Below the pieces are notes generated by a model, which searched no databases, had not been told where the DNA came from, and saw only the letters and a program-made list of their open reading frames with translations. Source: Podarcis filfolensis (taxonomy: Eukaryota). From it: a DNA stretch of 64,000 bases. Location of the stretch: the NCBI GenBank assembly GCA_964270895.1, contig OZ185446.1; one strand, written 5' to 3'. The translations under genes were made by a program, and so were the position numbers. This document shows positions 52,316-64,000 of this stretch, one piece after another. The stretch's first letter is position 1; every line of letters begins with the position of its first letter.

Positions 52316-53399
52316 AATTCTAGCATTAAGACTTTTTTAGAAATCTGAGGATCAGGGAACACTCCATAGCAGTGTTGCAAGTAGCTACTACTAGGAGGGG
52401 GCAGGATCAGTAACACCCCCCCATGCACTCTTTGGGCCATAGTTCCCAAAACACTATTTTATATGCAATACAATATGATCGACCCTCCTGAAAACTCTTC
52501 CAAGCCAAGAGATTTCCCTTTTCATTTGCAAAAGCAACACTTAGGAGATGCCTCTGCTCCATTCATGAGGGAAAATGTTTAACATATTTTTGCCAGCAGA
52601 CACCCAATCTTAACTGTAGAATTCTTTCACATACACCTAATGCAGTGAATCAGCAATTATTTTTCTAGTGCCTCCAAATGTCAAGATTAATTTTGCTATC
52701 CTTGGTAATAAAATGGTTTGAAACGACATCTTTAATCAGCAAGTAAGAATGCTTCCCTCCAATAGAGACAAGCTGTCACGAAAGGTCACCAAAAAGTGAC
52801 AGGATGGAAATTACGTTTGTAATTTCCACTGAAATATTAATTTCTCTTTTAAGTGTTTTTTCAACTTATGTCTAGATTTTAAAGTAAAGAAATGTAGCTA
52901 TACAACCAAGTTTCATTTCTATACCCGTAATTCCTATTAAGAGCAATCATTACTGAAAGGAAAGTAATATTTATTACGCCAGTTCTACTACATTTTTTAG
53001 TCCTATTAGGTTGATCCCTAATAGACATCAATTATTGCAGATCTTTTAACAGCTCCAGCTGACAATGACTTTTCAAAGAAAAACTTGGGTGTAAGATACA
53101 AAATTAACTAAAAGACTTGTATAAAATACGTCATTTAGAACTCTTTGCAAACTGCTAATCAGTTTGTTTCATTTTTCATTCAACTTTTCATTTTTATTAG
53201 CTATAACAGTTTTATGCTATAGTTTACTGGACCATGTGAATATACATAAATTCAATGACTATATATATTTCTATGTATATTAATAATCCTTCTAAGCAGG
53301 CCCCACACAGGTAAGAAGCATTTACTAATCTCTCAACTACTTTTCAGATTAGAGGACAGAAAGTGAAAGGGCTTCTGCAATTGTGGATGTTTCTAGGTA

Positions 53400-53767
53400 C
53401 AGTGGTGCCCCGCAAGACGAATGCCTCGCAAGACGGAAAACCCGCTAGACGAAAGGGTTTTCCGTTTTGGAGGTGCTTCGCAAAACGAATTTCCTATGGG
53501 CTTGCTTCGCAAGACGAAAATGTCTTGCGAGTTCCTGCGGGGTTTTTTTCCTCCCCCCCCCCTTTTTCCCAAGCCGCTAAGCCGCTTAACAGCTGATCCG
53601 CTAAGCCGCTTAACAGCTGATCCGCTAAGCCGCTTAACAGCTGATTCGCTAAGCCGCTAATAGCACTAATCCGCTAAGCCGCTAATGGGCTTGCTTCGCA
53701 AGACAAAAAAACCGCAAGACGAAGAGACTCGCGGAACGGATTCTTTTCGTCTTGTGAGGCACCACTG
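53400..53767. mobile_element. Tc1/mariner-type MITE with an internal 24-bp tandem repeat
   Basis: TA-CAGTGGTGCC...GGCACCACTG-TA. CCGCTAAGCCGCTTAACAGCTGAT x3 (53574-53645) plus degenerate copies. Confidence 0.9.
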
Positions 53768-54159
53768 TACAACTGATTTCTGCTAGTAAATATCGCAATA
53801 ACATCCTTTTCCAGCTGAATTCTGCCTAGATAGTAGCACAATAACACATACACATACATATCTATTTCCACAATCAGAAAAATGGTATTTTTATCTACAT
53901 TATCCACCTACCTGTTTCTGAGATTAACTAAAGGTGCTGGTTTTAGACAGACACCAAATAAGTCAGACTTCTACTAGGAACAAGACCTTTTCAGCTGTGG
54001 TACAAATCTCAGGGAAGCCAGCCATGTTCATACACTCCACAAGTTTCATGTTTTAGTCTATATCCTGGTTCTTTCAGTTCAACTCAAACTCTGCCTTTTG
54101 ATGGGCTGTATGCATTTTCATCTTTTATTATTGGGAGGAAGTGCTTATGTCATCTTGGG

Positions 54160-54730
54160 TTTCAGGATAGAAAGGCAAGAGGAAGCTGAGTGTAGTCAGA
54201 CATCCACTCTGGACTTTAAGAAGGCTGATTTCAAAAAGCTTAAGGAACTACTAGGTGAGATCCCATGGTCAGAAATACTCAAAGAGAAGGGAGTCCAATA
54301 TGGATGGAAGTTTCTTAAAGGTAAAAATGGAAGGCACAAATGCAGGCAACAATTCCAACAAGAAAGAAAAGTGGGAGGCATCTGAAGAAACAGCTGCACC
54401 GGGCATACCAGTAGTATATGTGAAAAGCATTTAAGGGTCTGAGTGGACCATAACCTATAAATGAATCAACAGTGTGATGCAGCAGCAAAAAAAAGCTAAT
54501 ACTATTCTAGGCTGCTTCAATAGAAATACAGTGTCAGTTCCACTCTATTCTCCCTTGGGCAGACCACACCTGAGGTATTGAGTCCAATTCTGGGTGCCAC
54601 AATTTAAGAAAGATATTAAATCTGGGGTGTGTGCAGAGGAGGGCAACCAAGATGATCAATGGTTTGGAAACCAAGCCTGATGAGGAATAGTTGAGGAAAT
54701 TGGGCATGTTTAGCCTGGGAAAGAGGAGAA
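54160..54730 (+). mobile_element. CR1 LINE ORF2 remnant with internal deletion
   Basis: TLDFKKADFKKLKELLGEIPW (after the endonuclease) joined near 54390-54430 to C-terminal ORF2 sequence (QQCDAAAKKA...). Confidence 0.8.
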
Positions 54731-55307
54731 ATCAAATTTATCAAACTATTTGATAAATCAGGACCAGATAATCCCATATGGTTCATAACCTAGAAACCTG
54801 CAGTTATTCAGCCCAATACAACACTGGTCTCTAAATCTGTACTGTAACAGCTATGAATCTGAAATTTCAAGCCCTGGCTACCATATCTGCAATGATTCCT
54901 GTTTCACGTACCAAACTCCTCTAACTGAGACCTGGTGAGTTCACATTTCCTTTCCTCAAAAGCACACTACTTTATCCCACCTTAAATATTTTGATTTAAA
55001 TGGGAGCAGAGTATTGGTTTTGTTTGTTATTATGGTATGTATTTTTGTGTTTTTATATTGTAAACCACACTATGGTCTTTGGGTGAAAGACAGTATAAAA
55101 ATAATAATAAATAAATACTAAATATAGTAAGTACAAATACAGGGGGCAGTACTAATGCATACAACTATTGACATGAATATGTGAACTACAGAGCTCCTTC
55201 CTGGAGGTTGCCATTTGCATGTCTCCTTCCAATCAATCACTGTTTAAATGCCTATGTTACTTTCGTAAGAGACCTGAGACAGTGATGCACCTTAAAAGGG
55301 TATGTCT

Positions 55308-55690
55308 ATTATTATGGTTTATTAAATTTATATACCGCCCTTCACCTGAAGATCACAGGGCAGTTCACAACACGTAAACATAAATACATAATCAAACAAA
55401 AACAAACCAATAACCCCCCTCCGACAAACACATTTAAAAGGCCACAGAACAGTTAATCAGCCAAAGGCCTGATTGCAAAGAAACATTTTTTTTCTGGCGC
55501 CTAAAAATATGTAGTGATGGCGCCAGGTAAGGCTCCCCAGTGACAGCATTCCACAAATGGAAAGGAAAGGCCCGTGCTTGTCTTGCCAGTCTCCAGACCT
55601 CTTGTAGAGGGGGCACACAAGGATGGTCTTAGATGATGATCACACGGTCTGGGTTGGTTCATTTGGGGAGAAGCAGTCCTTGAGATAAGC
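55308..55690 (-). mobile_element. L2 LINE 3' region
   Basis: Reverse 3' end TTTATATACCGCCCTTCACC and ORF remnant RAFPFHLWNAVT. Confidence 0.7.
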
Positions 55691-56454
55691 AACAGAAAAC
55701 ACACTCCTGAGGTTGTCGCATCATGGGATAAACCAGCATGTTCTGTTCTCAAACTACACAAGGCCTTTGTATTGATTCTGAAGCTGAGAACATTTCAAAA
55801 GCAGACTTGTTTGCATGTACTTTTGCAAGATGGCACACTGAGACTGTAAATAATTCAGCAGCAATCCTGCCGGTTCCACCTCACTATGATGACAGCATAA
55901 ATGTGAGAGTTCTTTCAGAACCATCTTTAATCAGCCAAACCTTCTAGAAAAGTGTCTGTTGGTGGAAAGACCTGATCCCATGCCGAGCAGACATTGCGTG
56001 TCACCCTAGAGATAACACGTTTGTTCCCAAATTGGGAAAGAGAGACACATCTAGACGTAACCAAAAGTATATTCTTTTACTTATGTAAAACTGACGTGAG
56101 ACCCATCAGACAGATATTCACTGTTCCTGGACATTTAAAAAGTATTTTCCTTTTAACAACTTTGTTTCTTGGACACAGTAACAGTCTCAGTCACCATTAT
56201 GACAGTCATCCAATCAATACCAAGGAATGAACAGCATATTCCAAAAAGAATTACACTACTTGCAGTATTGTTTCCTATTAGGAGTTTTTATTTTTATAAT
56301 TTAGGCCTTCCTACCTTGTGCCAATTGCAGCAACCAGATAAAAACAATTATCAACCTAATATAATATGGTAACACTTAATGTTAATAATAAGCATGACTG
56401 CCATGCAGATTTAAAATAGATCGTGTAAAAATGGCAAATAATGGGAGATTTCAG

Positions 56455-56592
56455 TGCAAAGGGTCAGTGCATCTGGCTGTTAACCAGTAGGTTGGTGGTA
56501 AGAGCCTACCCAGGAACTGCTGTGGGCAGGATTTCTTCATTGCAGGGGGTGGGACTAGATGACTCTTGGGTCCCTTCCAACTCTATGATTCT
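56455..56592 (+). mobile_element. SINE with tRNA-like head and CR1-type tail
   Basis: Head ...GTGCATCTGGCTGTTAACCAGTAGGTTGGTGGT and tail GGACTAGATGAC...CCCTTCCAACTCTATGATTCT. Confidence 0.55.
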
Positions 56593-57084
56593 TTGAACAT
56601 TTTATAATCTATGATAATAGAAGGGCATCTGAAATTGGAAATATCAGTTATTTGCTCCAGAAGCATCTGAATTTTTAAAAATAGCTTCTGAATTAATACA
56701 GTATTTTCCAACCTTTATGAAATCACAACCTCCTCCTAAAAGTAAAGTAGTTTAAATTGGGGAGGGAATAGAGGAAATAAAAAGAAAGCTCCAGCTGCTC
56801 TGCTATCAAACTCTGGGGCAGAATTACACAGCCAATAAACAGAATAAATTAATCCTGCAAAATTAGTAATGGATTTACGATAGCTGACATGTGCTTTTAC
56901 CTAATGTCCAAACTTGAATTTCAGAGTTACATACACAGAATTGAGACTCAATGTGCAGCCATAAGCTACTGTTAAATGAATAAGACTGCATGAGCCTCAC
57001 TTTTAAACTGACTACAGCTACCCATTGTGGCCAAACTTGGGGGGAACTGTAGCCGTGACTACTCAAAAACTAGAAGCCTTATCT

Positions 57085-57597
57085 TCAGATGATGATCTCT
57101 CCCAGCGGCTTCATATAGATGTTAAAAAGCATGGGGGAGAGGACGGAACCCTGAGGCACCCCACCAGTGAGGGCCCAGGGGTCTGAACACTCATCCCCCA
57201 CCACCACTTTCTGAACACGGCCCAGGAGGAAGGAGCGAAACCACTGTATAACAGTGCCCCCAGCTCCCAGCCCCTCTAGACGGTCCAGAAGGATGTTATG
57301 GTCGATTATATCAAAGGCCGCTGAGAGATCCAGCAGAACTAGGAAACAACTCTCACCTTTGTCCCTAGCTCGCCCGAGATCATCAACCAGCGCGACCAAG
57401 GCAGTTTCAGTCCCATGATGAGGCCTGAATCCCGATTGGAAGGGATCCAAATGGTCCGCATCCTCCAGGCGTGCCTGGAGTTGTTCAGCAACCACACGCT
57501 CAATCACCGTGCCCAAGAATGGAAGATTTGAGACTGGGCGATAGTTGGCCATACTGGCCGGGTCTAAAGATGGTTTTTTTAAGAAGCGGTTTAATGA
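57085..57597 (-). mobile_element. L2-clade LINE reverse-transcriptase internal fragment, uninterrupted
   Basis: ORF 57085-57552: NYRPVSNLPFLG...QSGFRPHHGTETAL...LLDLSAAFD...GVPQGSVLSPMLFNIYM. Stops before YADD. Confidence 0.93.
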
Positions 57598-57700
57598 GTA
57601 ATGCTTACAGATTCATACTAAACTGTACAAATAATGTGTTAGTTTGTTTAATTAAAAGCACCTAAATTCTAGTGGCATGACCACTAACCAAAAATCTTAC

Positions 57701-57872
57701 CCAAAGTTTCTGGAATGTTTCTTCGCTCTCTCGTTATATCCGAAAGTCTAATGATTGTTCCTTCTTTCCGTTCAGTTTTGAAACGTAATCGACCAGATTC
57801 TTCATCATCTTCCTCTTCTTCATCAGACTCTTCTTTGGTTTCTTCTTGAAGCTCTAGGTTTTCAATGACTGC
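57701..57872 (-). CDS. RBM33: RBM33 coding exon (AVIENLELQEETKEESDEEEEDDEESGRLRFKTERKEGTIIRLSDITRERRNIPETL)
   Basis: Acceptor gctaatag|GCA, donor TTGG|GTAAGA. 172 nt, phase 0 to 1. The ESGRLRFKTERKEGTIIRLSD motif matches RBM33. Confidence 0.96.
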
Positions 57873-57949
57873 CTATTAGCACAGGAGGATAAGTGTAAAT
57901 TATTGGTCGGGTAGGTTTTCAATATGCTAGAGTGAAGTTACTTTACAGT

Positions 57950-58230
57950 GGCTATCTTTGCACATAGCACTAAATCATGATTTAGTGTTATGTGTTTGAC
58001 ATTAACCCGAGCAAAGTCTGAGACTCACATGCTTCCTCCTCCCACATGTCCCACATGTTCCAATTTCCCTTTCACATAAACTTTACTTGTTCTGTCATAT
58101 GAGCCCACAGATTGCTACTTAAAAACCCAACTCTGGTCAATTTAAAAGCAAGCCAACTTATGAAGACAGTGTGTATAACTAACTAGTTTGCTTTAAGCTA
58201 CCATCTCTGGTTCGTACAAAACATGCCAAG
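57950..58230. mobile_element. Degenerate palindromic MITE-like element
   Basis: Internal palindrome CACTAAATCATGATTTAGTG and a repeat-like body. Ends uncertain. Confidence 0.35.
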
Positions 58231-60535
58231 ATTTGCTTATTCTGTTCCTGATCCTAGAATATTTCTAGACCAGAAAAAAAACAAAAGGGGAAGATGTTTA
58301 GTATTAGGTGTAAGGGCTAGCACCCACAAATGAACAGCCACTTTCACACACTAATATAGTCTCATCAGGAAGCATGACAAAGGAGGAGGGGGAGCAAGGT
58401 GGCTATGCTTATCACAAGGTACATTAAAGCCATCAGTACAATGTAGCCATGAGGAAAGCAACTGTAGGTTATGAAAAATACAACTTCATGTGTACAGTTA
58501 GGAAATTCAAGCCAATATCCAACGCCTTATTGGACAGGTTTTGCCACATGCTCAAAAACTAATATTACAGGCAAAAAAACTTTTATATCTTGGGACTCGA
58601 AAATTCAGAAAGGATGGGGCTCTGGAGCTGTTTAGCCCACTGAAAGAAATAGAGGGAGGGATATAAATGCACTGTATACAAACTTGGGGTGGCTAACACA
58701 ACAGAACAAGAAACATGAAGGAAGGGAGGAGGTGCTTATTACATGCGCAGTACATTCATTCACCATATGGAGTTGAAATGAATCAAAAATGATAAAAAAT
58801 AGTGGCATATTCAAATGCTGTATTATTCTATTATTTGGACTCATCCAGATGCCTCAGCACTTTAAGTTCAGTCACTTTACTTTCTAAGCAATTTTCAAGC
58901 CCTTGCAATTCTATTCTCTACCATTCTAACACAAGTAGAGCATGCTGCATTTTGTGATACAGGAAATGCTTTAAACACACTTAAGAAAATACAACTCACC
59001 ATGGGCTTTAAATGCCAAGTGAGCCAGTGGGTTCTGAGGAAAACACTAACCTGGGTGATGAGCCTTTATTTAAGATCATGAAGAAAAAAGCTAACTGCCT
59101 GTCAAACCATCTAGCTAAAGCTCCAACTTCCTAGTTTAAAAGAAACTGAGAACTAGGATGAAGAACCTTAAATCCAAAAGGATAATATAATCCCCTGCCT
59201 CAAATACTGGCGGAGAAAGCTAAGAGTGGCAGCTAGTCTCTTGCAGAAGAGGGGGGAAAATAAAATGCGTCAAACAAAAATGAACTTATTGCTCAGGTAA
59301 TAATTGGTCTTCTCATGGACGGCTGCCCAAAGTCACTCTGAATTTCTTGTCTCCATCTGTTGGCAAGATGTCTGCTCATCCAAAGTTCTTGAAGTGTCAA
59401 GTGTCAGAATTCTTGTGGCATATAGTATATGGCATTTTTATTAAAGTTTTGGCCTTGCTTAAGGCTTCATAACCCCTTGCCTCCATGGCCCCTCCAACTC
59501 TGAAGTGGATAAGATAGGTCAGGAAAAGAGAACTTTCTAATGACAACTCTTTAGAAGACTGGCTAACTAAAATCTTGCTTTGTCAATATTTCAACTGAAA
59601 TAGGAACCACTAGTTTAAATTTAAACCTCTTTACAAGCAGATGGCCAGTGATGTCTGTTCAATGCAGATAATTCCCTCCAATGTTTTGAGAGCCTGAAGA
59701 AAATTAAATTACCATTGTACATAAGTGGCTCTAGAGAGATGAGTCAGTTCCACCAAAAGAGGAAAAAGTAAACACAAATCAAGAGTTGTTATCACCATGT
59801 ACAACTTATCAGTTGTGCAGCCCTACTTGTAATTAGGCTTATTTAATTACAAAGTGATGCCAAACAGGTTTATTTTTGGCCAAGAGCATACTACTTCATG
59901 TTTCAAAGTCGCTTCAGGTGTTAATAAGAGAATAATGAAGAGAAAAAGCATAAACTACTCAAATCTCCAGGTCTTGTCTGCAGGGGAGAGGTGTGTGTTT
60001 CATCCTTTCCCTCCTCTACCCTGGCCTACTGCCACAAACCCATACCACAGCTAACTGCCTACACTCCTAAAGATAATGTTAACGTACAAGCTAAGGAAAC
60101 TCATATATGAGAAAAAGTGGGGCTGGCCAGTGAGTGGTCACGTGCAGAACTACAAGTAGCTGTGAGATCTGCCAGAAGAGGAGAAACAGGTAACAGTGGG
60201 AGTAGCGGATGAGGAGGAGCTGAGCATTCCAGGCGCACTGTGTACATGTCCCGAGGCCCTCAATGATAATGGCAACTGCTGTCTGTAGCTTAGAAATGTT
60301 GGCCATCCTGACAAATAGAGCCGCTCATAGCTTAGACAAAAGAACATGTTTCAAAAGGCAAGGCTAACAAAGAATCATTGAACAGCTTCTCCTCCTATCT
60401 TTTCCAAAAAAGATTCACGAGGACTGCCAAGAACAGACACAAACCAGACAAAACCACTGTCAATTCCTGAAATACTTTTCAATCCCTTGTGCTAAACAGT
60501 ATTTTGCCTTTAGGATTTCACTTCTTCAAAAGTAC

Positions 60536-60655
60536 CTCTTCCGACTCATTTGGAGGTGTCTGGGTGTCAGCAACCTCCTCCAATTCTTCTTCAGCTACAT
60601 ATTCTTGTTGTTCAATTGCTTGCTGCTCACTGTAGGACTGAATATAATCTTCATC
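60536..60655 (-). CDS. RBM33: RBM33 120-nt acidic exon, probably a cassette (DEDYIQSYSEQQAIEQQEYVAEEELEEVADTQTPPNESEE)
   Basis: Acceptor ttatttcag|GAT, donor GAG|GTACTT. 40 open codons, phase 0/0. Below the ORF-track threshold and read by hand. Resembles the extra segment I recall in mouse Rbm33 (DEEYLQAY...). Confidence 0.8.
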
Positions 60656-62135
60656 CTGAAATAATTGCATGATGACAATGTTTTAATCTTAAAATGCTTC
60701 TGCTTGTGGGAGGAAGCTATGGGAGGAAACAAATTTCATCTGAAGCTGCCTGGGTCTCTTGGTCACAACTGACTGTTCTGTCAGAGCCAGCCTTAACCAG
60801 GGTTCCTTCTTAACCAGAATTTAAAGCTGGTTACAAGGAAAACCAAATAATGTTAACCTTGATTTTAATGTAACACTTAGATGTGATTAAGACTGAATAA
60901 GGAAGGGAAGAGGGAATTTGAGCATGTTAGTTAAAGGGCAGGGTGAGGGAAGAGATTGGGAACCTTTATGTTTGGTAATGGCCCCAAGTAGCATGCTCTA
61001 AGTTCAATCCATGTTGTAGGTACTAACATCTCTTGCACAAACAACTAGTTTAGGAGAGTATAAACTATGAGTGGGAAACCTGTGACTCTCCATATTGGAC
61101 TACAAACTCCATCATCCCATTCTGGCTGGGCTGAAGGGCCACAGATGCCACCAGCCCTGATTATTTCAACACAAACTGATGGTTTCAACACAGTAAGTTA
61201 GGGTTACTATAACCACTATAGCTATGAAGCATTATGAACTAAATTAAGAGTAAATAGCACCAATTCCTTAAGATGTTTTTCTTTTCCAATTTTAGCGAAG
61301 GCTCTACTCCATACATAAGCAGTGCAGCAGCACTATAATCCAACAGTTTTGCCAAGAAATATACTTCTTTCCCTTTAATATCATAACATATGCCCACGGA
61401 GTAATTTCTAGTAACTCCCAACTACTAGATGCTTTACCACCTTGCACAACGCTTTACTACATGCTTTACAAGAAATAAATGAAGCGGGTTTAAAATATCA
61501 ATGAATCCATTGCTTCTTTATAATTTTTTTGTACACAATATTTTGGACAAACAGATAGTTAGATTATTTTTAACTCAAGTTGGGCAACCGCTTCAGCAAC
61601 TTAAACTGCAACAATTATGCATATGACATTTGGTGAAGTAACCTCCAACCTCTTTATTCAGCTTTAGACAGTTCTCAGTTACAAAAAAAAAGAGGAGGGG
61701 TGGAAAGGAGCAAGCAGGACATCAATCACTTTGGAATATTAGCACCTTAAAGATGTCTTTAGCAGGTCAATAATCTTTTCACCTTCGAAGGACTTTATCA
61801 GATCGTGTCTAAAGCCTGGATAAAAGCTTTTGCATTAAGTACTTCTAACAATTGGCACTGTCTCCCCACCACACAAAGCTGTTTTTTCCTTAAGGATACA
61901 ATCCTCAAGGTCATGATTCTCAACTGCCTTCCAGAATGACAAAGGAGCATTACCTACAGCCAAACAAGCTGTCAACACAAACTTTGTCACAGCCTAGATA
62001 AAGAAACTGGCAGACAGTGATAATAGGTCTAATTTTCCCCACATCCCTAGGGAGGTAAACAGATTTCAAATCAGTCTAAAAACCTAGGCATGTGGAGCAA
62101 TGTTATCTCAGATAATACAATAGAAAGAAACTCAC

Positions 62136-62448
62136 TGTAAAATCATCTAGAGGTTCATTGATTTCGAGATCTAGCACTCCATCATTATAAATCTCTTCTT
62201 CTCCCTGATCTTCCCCATATTCTATTTGGTCTTCTGTCAGCTCAGCCTCTTGGCCTTCATACTGCCCTTCTTCTGTGTATTCCCCAGAATACTCTTCAGG
62301 CACTTCTGATTTGTCATAGCCCAGTTCATCCTCCCCTTGTTCATACTCTGAATCTTGCTCAACAGACTGATCATTGGCATGCTCCGAGAGTTCAAAGGAC
62401 GTAGCTACTTCAGATGTAGCATTAAGACTAACTGTGACACCTTGAGTA
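62136..62448 (-). CDS. RBM33: RBM33 coding exon, acidic N-terminal region (S|TQGVTVSLNATS...LEINEPLDDFT)
   Basis: Acceptor ttatcatag (AG 62450-62449), donor ACA|GTGAGT (62135). 313 nt, phase 2 in, phase 0 out. Matches RBM33 QGVTISLNATS...EINEPLDEFT. Confidence 0.96.
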
Positions 62449-64000
62449 CTATGATAAGAGTAAAAAAAAAAGGAAAGATGAAAAATCAATACATTAACCA
62501 CAGTATGACAGCAGGTTGTGTGCATGTGCATTCTGTACAGGGTGCACATAGATCACAGAGCGTCTGCATTCAATAGCAAAGTGCATAGCTCACACATCGA
62601 CTTGACTCTATGCCACAAACTCATAATATGCATACTTATACCACAGCTTATCATCAGCTGCAGGCTATTTGACCAGAGGGATCAAACCAACCAGATGGTC
62701 TAACAGGTTAGGCTGACAAGAAGTACAAGGTAGCCAAGCAAGCTGCAGTTCATGTTAATTCCCAGACTACCGTACACTATCACAACACTCACTACTCATC
62801 AGCCTGAGCTACATTAATGCTGCCAGACATCAATTTGGACTTTCATTCACTTTTATTTCTTACAATGAAATAATGCTTTTAAAGGAGTAGGGCTGTTTGA
62901 ATAGACTTTGAATTGGAATTTGCATCGTCTGTAAAAGTTCTATTTTAAATGTGTCCTCAAAATGTCTTATCTAGAATTTGAGGATTCAGAAGAAGTTAAC
63001 CAACAAATTCTGCAGTAAAAGCCAGAATTTAGCCAACTATAGGATCTCCCCCACCTTAAAATGCCCTTAACTATCCAGAAGTAACAATCCTCTAGTTTTC
63101 TTGCCTATCTTTCACAAAACTATGACACGTTAAAGACATAGAGATGAACAAATTAATGCAGAAGAGAGTATGGGACTGAATGTTGAAGTTGTGCACCAAT
63201 GCAAATTATTAGGATTTCCATCCAATTAAAAGAAAACCTAGTTGACCAGTTAACACTACAGATTAACTGTAATCCAGTCAAATTGTTAGGTTTGTGTATG
63301 AATAAAAACAACCTTTCTTAGGCAACAATCATATAATGTATAATATCCACTGTTAGCCAGACTCAGAATAGACCCAATGAAATCAATGGACGTAAGTTCA
63401 TTATTTTCAGTGGGTCTACTCTATGATTACTCAGACTTCATTGGATATCTCTCTAGGTGTTTAAAATTATGAACGTTACCACAGGTATCACCTAAGGAGA
63501 GGCCTTGTTACCTACACAAGGAAATATGGGGCTTGCCATCTGAGGTTTTCAGAAGTATTCACTGCTACAGAACATTGCAGTGATGTGGGATGGAATTTTT
63601 TCCAGTGCTTTATTGTTTTACAGGAAAAAAATGTTTCATACATTCATTAATAACAATAAATGAATGACAACTCCATATGTGATATTAGACAAGCTTGGCA
63701 ATTTCAACATTTTCAGCTTTGTTCACTAAACACAAGTAAAATAAACATGCTAACTGTCACTCTGGGAATTTAGAAAAACTGTCAATGCAGACTGAAAAAT
63801 TTCAAATGCAAATTACCCTGTTATTATAATTCATGTAAGAAAATACAAAATTTTCAGGCAAATCCACACAACTACTTTTTAGCTGATAAAATATTTTTAT
63901 TTTTAAATATTTTTAGACAATTATATATTTCAGGCCTAAAATTTAACTAATTATTCAATTGGAATGTCTCGTTAAAAATAAACTCCTGTTGGCTTCCAAA

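Noticed and set aside
53574-53690. CRISPR-like array
   Set aside because: Units are contiguous with no unique spacers, lie inside a MITE, and the genome is eukaryotic.
62449-64000. Upstream RBM33 exons or promoter
   Set aside because: No N-terminal RBM33 peptide or CpG island seen; the sequence is AT-rich and intronic.

Overview
Vertebrate genomic DNA, not prokaryotic. The repeats (Sauria SINE, L2/CR1 LINEs, many CAGT-TIR MITEs) point to a squamate, probably a lacertid lizard (inference). The whole window lies inside one minus-strand gene, RBM33 (RNA-binding motif protein 33). I traced 13 coding exons (62448 down to 6771) by protein similarity. All have canonical AG/GT boundaries and matching phases, giving 3289 coding nt (1 + 1096 codons). 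The first coding exons and the last RRM exons are outside the window. Introns carry a solo LTR, eight Tc1/mariner-type MITEs, several hAT-type MITEs, SINEs, LINE fragments, a 172-N gap, and CpG-retaining unique stretches that look like conserved non-coding elements. In human and mouse RBM33 lies between CNPY1/EN2 and SHH. I found no convincing new multi-gene system. The best leads are candidate enhancer/insulator elements, a 120-nt cassette exon, a possible poison exon, coding repeat expansions, and a 5.2-kb segment bounded by two inverted MITEs. Comparisons with human or mouse proteins are from memory and need an alignment. LINE/SINE boundaries are approximate.
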